This document shows positions 32,807 to 39,663 of a stretch of 39,663 nucleotides of DNA, piece after piece. A program made the translations under genes and the position numbers. The notes under the pieces are model-generated. The model was not told the origin of the DNA. It ran no database searches and saw only the letters and a list, made by a program, of their open reading frames with translations. Numbering within the stretch: position 1 is the first letter of the stretch; every line of letters begins with the position of its first letter. This DNA is from Candidatus Woesearchaeota archaeon. GTDB taxonomy: Archaea; Nanobdellota; Nanobdellia; SCGC-AAA011-G17; GW2011-AR17. The stretch spans positions 1-39,663 of the forward strand of contig JAGVZZ010000019.1 in the NCBI GenBank assembly GCA_018302205.1, read 5' to 3'.

Positions 32807-32831
32807 AGATTTCCTCTCAATCGAATTAGAG

Positions 32832-33482
32832 ATGGTGATAAAAAAAGTTTCTTTTAAGCATGGCTGGTGGTATTTTTATAGAATCCACGAACCAAAAACT
32901 GACCAATTAACTAAACAATTTCCAGAACTAAAATATTTCCTTTATGATGTTTTTAATAACTGTCCACATGATTACTTCGCAGTCGACCCTAGATCCTCAA
33001 AATTACATTTTAATCTTAGTAACCTAAACCTAAAACCTATCCAAAACCACGAAGTAAATATATTAGCAAAGAACGGCCTTGAAACCAATGCAAACAGATT
33101 CACAACTGCCCATCCCAAAGTCCAAATGTTCATGCTCGAAGAAGATTCCAGCACAATCGCAATTGAAGTCCCCCTTTGGCTACACGCAAATGAACTATCA
33201 GGTTACGAGAAAATATTCAACTCCAAAAACCCCCTAACTGGCCATATTGATGCATTAAGGGTCGAAGATGACAAGATTTGGATCTGGGACTACAAACCCA
33301 ATGCCCACAAAGAAAAACACGCCTCCACCCAAACCTTCTTTTACGCCTATATGCTCTCAAAACGCACCCAAATACCATTAGAAAACTTTAGATGCGGCTA
33401 TTTTGATTCAAATAATACTTACGTCTTCAACCCAGAAAAATGCAAGGTCCCAAAGGTATTACAAGAAAAACTATTAAAATAG
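32832..33482 (+). CDS. PD-(D/E)xK (RecB/Cas4-like fold) nuclease-family protein without a Cys cluster
   Basis: IAIEVP...GHIDALRVEDDKIWIWDYKPN...STQTFFYAY gives the E...D...(D/E)xK...QxxxY arrangement. Confidence 0.6.
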   Translation: MVIKKVSFKHGWWYFYRIHEPKTDQLTKQFPELKYFLYDVFNNCPHDYFAVDPRSSKLHFNLSNLNLKPIQNHEVNILAKNGLETNANRFTTAHPKVQMFMLEEDSSTIAIEVPLWLHANELSGYEKIFNSKNPLTGHIDALRVEDDKIWIWDYKPNAHKEKHASTQTFFYAYMLSKRTQIPLENFRCGYFDSNNTYVFNPEKCKVPKVLQEKLLK

Positions 33483-33500
33483 CAACAACATAACACACTT

Positions 33501-34628
33501 GTGAAAAAGGTAACTTTAGTTTTTAGCGACATCGAAGTTGGCACTGGTAACAATACTGACGACTTTGTCGAAGAAAAACTATTTTGTGATACCCTAAAAT
33601 CAAACTTCCATTATCATAAAAAATACAATATAGATTTGGTTCTGAACGGCGACATTTTCGACTTCCTAAAAGCCCCGTATAAAAACTCTTATCCAAGACA
33701 TGTTACCGAAAAAATTTCTCTTTGGAAACTTGAACATATGCACAAGGCTCACCCAGGATTTTTTGAAACATTAACTGAATTCATCAATTTAGGTAACACA
33801 AGAATAATCTTTGTAATAGGTAATCACGATTATGACATAATTTATAGTAAAATCAAAAAACAACTTCGTAAACTAATTTTAAAAGACAAAATTAAAATGA
33901 AAAAGAAAATTATTTTTCCTGGTTTCGAATTCAAAAGTTACCAAGTACTCTTCGAACACGGTTCTCAAATGGACCAATTTTTCAGGGTCGACCCAAGTAC
34001 ATTAATCCACCCGAAAATTCAAACTGTAATCGAAGAACCATTTTTATTAGTCCCTTGGGGATTTAATGCACTTAAAGAACACCTTCTAATCATCAAAGAA
34101 GAATTTCCAATATTAGAAAGAGTCTTCCCTAAAGATAAAATCATAAACAAACTAAACACCCAAGTTAAGAAACGAGTAATTTTTGATACCTTTTTTTATA
34201 TGTTAAAATCATTCTTCTATACACAATTTAGATACAAGAAAGACAAATTATACAATTTCACTTGGAATGACTTCAAAAAATATATGAGAAATTTCCTAAA
34301 TAAGGATTATGATTTAAAATTTGAAGATAAAGCAGAAATGAAACTGCTTTCTAGTAGATTTAAAGTTATTTCCTATGGCCATAATCATTTATCTTCACTA
34401 TACAAAATAAAAGGGAAATATATTCTTAATACAACTACCTGGCGTGATGAGTATGAGTATTCCGAAGAAACCAAAACTTACAAACCATTGAAAAAGAGTT
34501 ACGGTTTTATTCTACATGACAAACAAAAAGTCTATGATATAAAATTAATCTATGTAAAATCTGAACAAAAAGAACTAAAACCTTCGGATATTAGGGGTCT
34601 AAAACCGATAAGTCAATCTTATAAATAA
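33501..34628 (+). CDS. Calcineurin-like metallophosphoesterase (LpxH-like arrangement), atypical motif I
   Basis: VFSDIEVG (Glu where DxH usually has His), NGDIFDF, VIGNHDYD, FEHGSQ, YGHNH. GTG start. Confidence 0.7.
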   Translation: MKKVTLVFSDIEVGTGNNTDDFVEEKLFCDTLKSNFHYHKKYNIDLVLNGDIFDFLKAPYKNSYPRHVTEKISLWKLEHMHKAHPGFFETLTEFINLGNTRIIFVIGNHDYDIIYSKIKKQLRKLILKDKIKMKKKIIFPGFEFKSYQVLFEHGSQMDQFFRVDPSTLIHPKIQTVIEEPFLLVPWGFNALKEHLLIIKEEFPILERVFPKDKIINKLNTQVKKRVIFDTFFYMLKSFFYTQFRYKKDKLYNFTWNDFKKYMRNFLNKDYDLKFEDKAEMKLLSSRFKVISYGHNHLSSLYKIKGKYILNTTTWRDEYEYSEETKTYKPLKKSYGFILHDKQKVYDIKLIYVKSEQKELKPSDIRGLKPISQSYK

Positions 34629-34640
34629 TTCTCCTAAAAA

Positions 34641-36890
34641 CTAAAACCCTTTCAACGACCTCTGCCCAGAGATCATATCCTCAAATTTTAAATTCAAGAA
34701 CGCAAGTATAGTATCTGCTATTGGTTTAACTTGCTTATTGATATAATGTTCATAATCAAACTTCCCTTTCACTTGCTCAATCGGCTCAACACCCTCGGTC
34801 GTATAAACATACCTAACATAATGTCCTTTGAAATTTTTCAATTTTCTAGCAGCCTTAACATGTGGCGGTGTGGTCTTCGTATACTCATCTAAAGATTTCT
34901 GCAACCCTTTCTTATACACTAACAACTCATCAAACTTCCCAGCTTTCAAATCTTTAATAAAATTAAAAATAAAATCTTCAACCTTTCTCCCAGTAAATAC
35001 TCTCATCAACAAATCTTCCTGAAACTTTTTCGCTAACGGCGTCCAATCTCCACGCACAGCTTCCATCCCAGTAATATCCAATTTCCCGTCTATTAATCCC
35101 GCATACCGTTTTTTCGCCCCTTTCTCTTCCCCTCTTAACCTCGGCATCAAAAACTTCGTATACGCTTTATCAAATTCAAGGTACATATGATTCACAACAT
35201 TATACTCATCCTTCACATAATCCTCCAAAATTTTATTCATTTTATTTTCTAATTCTTTGCCTAACTTTTTTGGATCATCCTTTGCAACAACAAAAACAGA
35301 ATCAGTATCCGAATAAATCACTTCATACCCTTCTTCTCTAATCCACGACGCCATCTTCTTAATAAAAAATCTTGCAAACCCTGTAATCGCATTTGCTAAC
35401 TCCAGATTAAAATACCTACACATCGGCGACGCCATCGCCCCATAGAATGAATTTAATAATATTTTTATTGCATACCTTCCAGTTTCATCCTTATTTTTCT
35501 TATACTCCTCTCGCACTTCTAATAAATGTTCGATTATTTCCGGCATCAACCCCTCTTCTTTTGAGAATGTTGCCCCGTTTGGAGCTTTGATTCCTTTCTT
35601 CCCGAATGTTATTGGATCAATATTAAACGTCCTCATGATTGACGGATACAACGACTTAAAATCTAACACAACAATCCCCTCATACAATCCAGGTTTCGAT
35701 TCCATGACATACGCCCCAGTGATCGGCTCTTCTTTCACATTATGCTCAATTGTCGGCGCAACATATCCCTTATCTCTCAACTTTTTCAAATAAATAGAAT
35801 CCAATGCTGCAATACTCCCTCGTGGATTATCCAACATCAACCCCGTAACCAAACTTCTTTTTACATACAATTCTAATAGATTACTTTTTTTAAGAATATT
35901 CAAAACTAATTCTGAATCTTTAAGATTATAATATATTAATTTCTGTTTATCTTTGAGGAACAATTTTTGTATCTCATCCCCTTTATCCCCAAATTGCACA
36001 TTCTTCCCTTCACCAACATAATGTTGAGCCGCTGTTTCCAATTTATAATCACTCAACTTCAAATTAATTTTCACCCAGGCCATAAGATCAATTACTTGCC
36101 GCCCTTCTGCAATAACTTTCGAACTCTCAAAAAAACTTTCTTTGATTATTAGCCTCGACGGATTATTCACCCGGCCTAACACGAACGGCACCTCTAATTT
36201 CTTACACCGCCTTTGTATAACCTTCAAATCAAAATCAATAACATTCCATCCAGTAATCACATCCGGATCCAACTCTTTCAACAACACAAATAATCTTTCC
36301 AACATATCCTTTTCAGTTTTAAAATGCTCAGCAAATTTTAATGATTCTTCTGCAACAATCAAAACTTTCTTATAATCCTCCATCACCACCGAAATACAAT
36401 AAATTTCTTTAGCATTTTTCTCAGTCTCAATATCAATAGACAAAACTTTCAACTTAACTTTCGACTCACAATTTTGTATCTCAGGGTCCCTAAAAACTTT
36501 TATCCCTTCTTGGTATTCATAATCCCCTTTAACTTCAATAGCCCCTTGAATTTTATTGTCAATCAAAAATCTCTGTGCAAATTTAATATCCGCCTCATAA
36601 GTCTTTATTTTTTCACCCTCTAACTCTTTCCTAAACTTAACAACATCTGATGGGATATCCCCATAAACTTTTACAACTTTTTCTCCATCAAAAGTTTTCA
36701 GCTTCACTTCTTCAAACTCAAACTCATCAAACTCTTGTGCACTCTTCAAATCTTTTTCTTTGATAAAAAAATAGGGCTTGAAATAATTCAATGTCAAGAA
36801 CGCTTCATGGTCTTCACTTCTCCCAAACAACGCAACATACGCTCTCCCACCGATGACCCTATAAGTCGCATCAACAATGAATCCTTTCAT
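34641..36890 (-). CDS. polB: Family B DNA polymerase (intein-free)
   Basis: Exo I LSIDIE, Exo II/III regions, motif A DFKSLYPSI, motif B KILLNSFYG, motif C YSDTDS, and KKRYAG. Confidence 0.95.
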   Translation of the reverse strand: MKGFIVDATYRVIGGRAYVALFGRSEDHEAFLTLNYFKPYFFIKEKDLKSAQEFDEFEFEEVKLKTFDGEKVVKVYGDIPSDVVKFRKELEGEKIKTYEADIKFAQRFLIDNKIQGAIEVKGDYEYQEGIKVFRDPEIQNCESKVKLKVLSIDIETEKNAKEIYCISVVMEDYKKVLIVAEESLKFAEHFKTEKDMLERLFVLLKELDPDVITGWNVIDFDLKVIQRRCKKLEVPFVLGRVNNPSRLIIKESFFESSKVIAEGRQVIDLMAWVKINLKLSDYKLETAAQHYVGEGKNVQFGDKGDEIQKLFLKDKQKLIYYNLKDSELVLNILKKSNLLELYVKRSLVTGLMLDNPRGSIAALDSIYLKKLRDKGYVAPTIEHNVKEEPITGAYVMESKPGLYEGIVVLDFKSLYPSIMRTFNIDPITFGKKGIKAPNGATFSKEEGLMPEIIEHLLEVREEYKKNKDETGRYAIKILLNSFYGAMASPMCRYFNLELANAITGFARFFIKKMASWIREEGYEVIYSDTDSVFVVAKDDPKKLGKELENKMNKILEDYVKDEYNVVNHMYLEFDKAYTKFLMPRLRGEEKGAKKRYAGLIDGKLDITGMEAVRGDWTPLAKKFQEDLLMRVFTGRKVEDFIFNFIKDLKAGKFDELLVYKKGLQKSLDEYTKTTPPHVKAARKLKNFKGHYVRYVYTTEGVEPIEQVKGKFDYEHYINKQVKPIADTILAFLNLKFEDMISGQRSLKGF

Positions 36891-36913
36891 ATTACCCCTA
36901 AAGTTTCTGATAT

Positions 36914-37420
36914 TTATAAATTCTTCACGTTAATAAGATCAATCAAATAATCATATTTATATTCCTGTAGAATCAAATCAGAACTATAATTCTGAATAAT
37001 TTTAGAAAACTTATATCGAATCTCTTTCAACACCTCCTCAAAATTCCCTAAATCTCTAGCAGCAATAGTAATATCATAATCCCACTCCCCAGAAATCTTA
37101 ACTACATATGTCACTTGCGGATTCGCAATAAGAAATGCAACAAACTGTTTTTCAATAGTTTCATCCAAATTATGCAATTTAATATGCACATAAGAATAAA
37201 TTGGAAACCCCAAAACTGAAGGATTCAATATGGCCGTATAAAATCTAATAACTTTAAATTTTTCTAATCGTTTAATTCGATAAACAACACTATCTCTCTG
37301 AATCTTACTCTTTTTCGAAATCTCACTAACGGGCATCCTTGCATCTTGGCTTAACAATTCCAAAATTTTTTTATCTTTAGCATCTAACTTTACAGGAGGA
37401 TTATAACTAATATCATTCAT
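36914..37420 (-). CDS. Lrp/AsnC-family transcriptional regulator
   Basis: From ATG 37420: LDAKDKKILELLSQDARMPVSEISKKSKIQRDSVVYRIKRLEK (HTH) plus a C-terminal RAM-like domain. The longer ORF-track start is rejected because the TATA sits at 37443-37450. Confidence 0.85.
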   Translation of the reverse strand: MNDISYNPPVKLDAKDKKILELLSQDARMPVSEISKKSKIQRDSVVYRIKRLEKFKVIRFYTAILNPSVLGFPIYSYVHIKLHNLDETIEKQFVAFLIANPQVTYVVKISGEWDYDITIAARDLGNFEEVLKEIRYKFSKIIQNYSSDLILQEYKYDYLIDLINVKNL

Positions 37421-37442
37421 AATTTCAATAATCCAAAATGAG

Positions 37443-37450
37443 TATATAAA
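37443..37450 (-). promoter_or_regulatory. TATA box (TATATAAA), 23 nt upstream of the Lrp ATG at 37420
   Basis: Motif and spacing. Confidence 0.45.
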
Positions 37451-37532
37451 TATTCCGTATTTTACGCAAAAAATCAAGGATAGTTTAATAAATTATAGAT
37501 TAAAAATGAGATAATATTAAATAATAAAAAAA

Positions 37533-37958
37533 ATGAACCCTCAACACGACGATCCAATATTAAATAGAGAACAATTAGAATTAGAAAAAATAGTATTAGG
37601 ATTACCAGCATTAAGGGATATTGGAATCGAAGCAGAAAGTCCCACATATTCTGCCTTCAGACTCACAGTCCCATATCAACAGAGTCTTACAGACCCCAAC
37701 AAAGTTCTCCCCTGCGCAAATTCATATCTCCCTAGATCTGCTCTTTATCTTCCAAAAACAATTATTGATCACATTGAAAAAACCGGTAAAATTATTCTTA
37801 TAGAAATGTTAAAAGAAATAGGTTTTGGATTCATAAGAATATTAGAAATTACTGAGATCAATTCAAGACTTTTTACAGAAAACCAAAAATCGGCAGACGG
37901 AAAATTTAAACTTAATGCTTACCAAGTTACAGGCAAATTAGAATGTAAATTAAAATAA
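37533..37958 (+). CDS. Hypothetical protein
   Basis: 141-aa ORF with no recognisable motifs. Confidence 0.4.
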   Translation: MNPQHDDPILNREQLELEKIVLGLPALRDIGIEAESPTYSAFRLTVPYQQSLTDPNKVLPCANSYLPRSALYLPKTIIDHIEKTGKIILIEMLKEIGFGFIRILEITEINSRLFTENQKSADGKFKLNAYQVTGKLECKLK

Positions 37959-37960
37959 TC

Positions 37961-38692
37961 CTATCTTCTATATTTTTCCCAACGCTTTCTTAAAGGTTCA
38001 GTTAAACAATTCAACTGCTGAACTCTTTTGTCATAGAACTGCCAATCTTTATGCTCTGCATTCACTTGCCAAGGATCATGAGTATAATCCACATCAACAC
38101 TCCTTGTATCATAACCATGACAAATTATATCAATCAACGGAACAAAAATAGCATCCCAATTGTCACCACCATAATCTAAAAAAAAAACCGCAAGTTCTCT
38201 TTTAAAAGTTCTTTGCCCAAACCAAACATCCAGATCCCTTTCCGTCAACAATTTCCAATATGCATTCCCTGCCATTTCAATATCTCTTTGAAATTCAGAA
38301 TATGACTCTAATGATACTCTTCGAGGAATAACCAAATCCGCACCTTTTCCAATCTCTTCAATTGTTACATCTAAAGTTCTTGCATAACTAAATTTCTCTA
38401 AATCTATCAACGCAATAATTTCTTTTTCGGTTTCAAATGCCCTCGCTACAGCCTCTCTTTTTCCATTCCCAAAACCACTTTCACCCTGTCTAAAAACTTT
38501 AGCACCAAGAGTCCAAGCAGAATTCAAAAAAGATTTTATACTCCCCCCATCAACAATAACAACTTGATAACCCCCATGAACTAAATATTTAATACTATTC
38601 AAAGCTAATAATTGTCTTCTAAAATCCGAATGCGTATGAATACCATATAGAGTAGCTCCGGTCACAACAACCTTTGAAACATCAACCATCAA
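37961..38692 (-). CDS. Glycosyltransferase-like (GT-A fold?) protein
   Basis: VVVTGATLY, VVIVDGGS and ALIDLE resemble GT2 nucleotide-binding and DxD-like motifs. This is a weak, by-eye assignment. Confidence 0.35.
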   Translation of the reverse strand: MMVDVSKVVVTGATLYGIHTHSDFRRQLLALNSIKYLVHGGYQVVIVDGGSIKSFLNSAWTLGAKVFRQGESGFGNGKREAVARAFETEKEIIALIDLEKFSYARTLDVTIEEIGKGADLVIPRRVSLESYSEFQRDIEMAGNAYWKLLTERDLDVWFGQRTFKRELAVFFLDYGGDNWDAIFVPLIDIICHGYDTRSVDVDYTHDPWQVNAEHKDWQFYDKRVQQLNCLTEPLRKRWEKYRR

Positions 38693-38767
38693 AAACCAAC
38701 AAAATGGATCTTATATAAACTTATCCAAAAGAGAACATTTTAAGCTCATCTTGAAATTTTGTAAAAA

Positions 38768-39271
38768 TTAATCACTCCCGAATAAATTAAAATTATCCAA
38801 AAAAGTTTTATAACTTGCAGAGGTAAAAGAATAATCTCTCTTAAGCCCTGTTCTCAAAGCCTCATTAATTCGAGCATATTTCCCGAAAAAATCTCTAGCC
38901 GAAGGTAACCTCGCAAATTTATGTCCCACAGAGAATTCATTAACAAGTGAAATAGGACTTGGGGATAAAATCATCTCAGATAACGGCAATCTATCTTTTA
39001 TTAATGTTTTAGAAGAATTCACAATTTCAACCTCCAGTCCACAATTCAACAAATATGCAGCAAGTAACCGATGATGCCCCCCATCCTGCCTTTTATTAAA
39101 ATATTCCTCAGGAATAGCAGGATAATAAAAATCAAACTGAGGATTATAAACCAATTTTACAGCAGGGATTGTATTTCTATCAATCATTCCCCTCATAATA
39201 GAAACTACTTTTTCAAAACATTTGTCACTTTCAAAAACAAATACACTTTCTCCTCTAGGATTAAATAACAT
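38768..39271 (-). CDS. ParB-like nuclease (ParBc/sulfiredoxin fold) domain protein
   Basis: QDGGHHRLLAAYLLNCGLEVEIV matches the DGxHR...A motif of ParB N-terminal domains. The C-terminal half is paralogous to the next ORF. Confidence 0.6.
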   Translation of the reverse strand: MLFNPRGESVFVFESDKCFEKVVSIMRGMIDRNTIPAVKLVYNPQFDFYYPAIPEEYFNKRQDGGHHRLLAAYLLNCGLEVEIVNSSKTLIKDRLPLSEMILSPSPISLVNEFSVGHKFARLPSARDFFGKYARINEALRTGLKRDYSFTSASYKTFLDNFNLFGSD

Positions 39272-39293
39272 AAAAAAACTAAAAAATAAATAC

Positions 39294-39301
39294 TATATAA
39301 A
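39294..39301 (-). promoter_or_regulatory. TATA box (TATATAAA), 23 nt upstream of the ParB-like gene ATG at 39271
   Basis: Motif and spacing. Confidence 0.4.
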
Positions 39302-39302
39302 T

Positions 39303-39581
39303 TTATTCAAATTCTCCTCCAACTATTCCTCTATACTGCCTCTCAGTTAAAGAACCACCCAAACTTAATCTCCTCAAAGCCAGATTAATTTCTTTATATT
39401 TCCCAAAATATTCTTCAAGTGTAGGTAACGGTGCATAAAATGTATCATGCTTCAAGCTTTCACTTACATTTAACCCCACACGAACAGCATTTGAAAGTAT
39501 TATAGGACTATAAGTGACATAAGGAATTCTTTCCGGCAATACTTCAACATCAATAGGCCAATCTAGTAAACCTGAATATAC
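39303..39581 (-). pseudogene. 5'-truncated paralog of the C-terminal half of the ParB-like protein
   Basis: PIDVEVLPERIPYVTYSPIILSN...LEEYFGKYKEINLALRRL parallels GLEVEIV..RLPLSEMILSPSPISL...RDFFGKYARINEALRTGL of ORF 38768-39271. The frame opens just after a TAA at 39582-39584. It has no ParB motif and no ATG. Confidence 0.5.
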
Positions 39582-39663
39582 TTAGAAGCTATCCCCACCC
39601 CAGAGGGGTCTCGCTTCGCTCGCCTGCTACGCTTCGCTTCGCAGTGGGGCATTACACTTCTAA
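39582..39663. other. G+C-rich nested inverted-repeat element (possible structured RNA or miniature mobile element), cut by the window end
   Basis: TTAGAAG (39582-39588) pairs with CTTCTAA (39657-39663). CCCCAC (39593-39598) pairs with GTGGGG (39644-39649). There is an inner CCCC-aga-GGGG hairpin, and the 9-nt direct repeat CGCTTCGCT occurs at 39612-39620 and 39630-39638. Confidence 0.5.

Noticed and set aside
34641-36890. Expectation of an intein in PolB or in the RFC genes, given the intein load elsewhere
   Set aside because: The PolB motifs A, B and C and the RFC Walker A and B motifs are contiguous, and the protein lengths (749, 316 and 387 aa) leave no room for an insertion.
1121-36950. 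Other short antisense or overlapping ORFs in the track
   Set aside because: Examples are 1121-1336, 2007-2234, 2581-2889, 2889-3089, 3311-3517, 4792-5070, 5810-6164, 7558-8373, 10101-10580, 13871-14449, 19152-19618, 19740-20134, 20480-20794, 21120-21463, 22785-22985, 26407-26604, 27613-27828, 30401-30741, 31796-32426, 32972-33154, 34828-36950, 37621-37803 and 39071-39268.

Each is nested in or opposite a gene with clear family motifs. None shows conserved motifs or an independent TATA or SD context.
39582-39663. Reading the G+C-rich terminal element as a tRNA or tRNA half
   Set aside because: On either strand the paired CCCCAC/GTGGGG arms enclose only about 45 nt. There is no D-arm TAGC..GG pattern and no GTTCRA T-loop. 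The candidate T-stem has a 3-nt loop. I kept it as an unclassified structured element.

Overview
This is a low-G+C, tightly packed archaeal chromosome segment. The archaeal assignment rests on TBP, aIF1A, aIF2-beta, MCM, RFC small and large subunits, family-B DNA polymerase, FEN1, a RIO kinase and a Dim2-like KH protein. Small proteins and short intergenic spacers suggest a reduced, DPANN-like genome, but that is inference only. I found no rRNA, canonical tRNA or CRISPR array.

Main content:
- A co-directional translation and ribosome-biogenesis supercluster lies at 149-4573. It ends in an Rmt/ArmA (FmrO)-family 16S rRNA methyltransferase homolog.
- Replication genes are unusually concentrated: an RPA-like OB-fold protein, MCM, RFC-S/RFC-L, FEN1 and PolB.
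- There are three full-size LAGLIDADG inteins. One sits in the MCM P-loop. Two sit in the Walker A and Walker B motifs of a HerA/DUF87-type ATPase.
- A small decayed accessory islet holds a RelE/AbrB toxin-antitoxin pair and a BRO-N gene remnant with an in-frame TGA.
- A right-hand accessory segment holds a glycosyltransferase-like gene and tandem ParB-like paralogs. It ends in a strikingly G+C-rich nested-hairpin element at the window edge.

The most unusual signals are four reading-frame breaks in conserved genes:
- two compensating shifts inside the MCM intein;
- a single-nucleotide +1 break at a UGA in a shortened isoleucyl-tRNA synthetase;
- an A13 tract splitting an ASCH gene that overlaps the stop of the ATPase gene.

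Other points worth a look are an uncharacterised 76-codon ORF embedded in the RFC operon, and a PD-(D/E)xK nuclease plus atypical metallophosphoesterase pair next to FEN1 and PolB. A very regular TATA box lies 20-27 nt upstream of many start codons, which implies leaderless mRNAs.

I did not recognise a known multi-gene defence or mobile system. The novelty candidates are offered as hypotheses with explicit tests.
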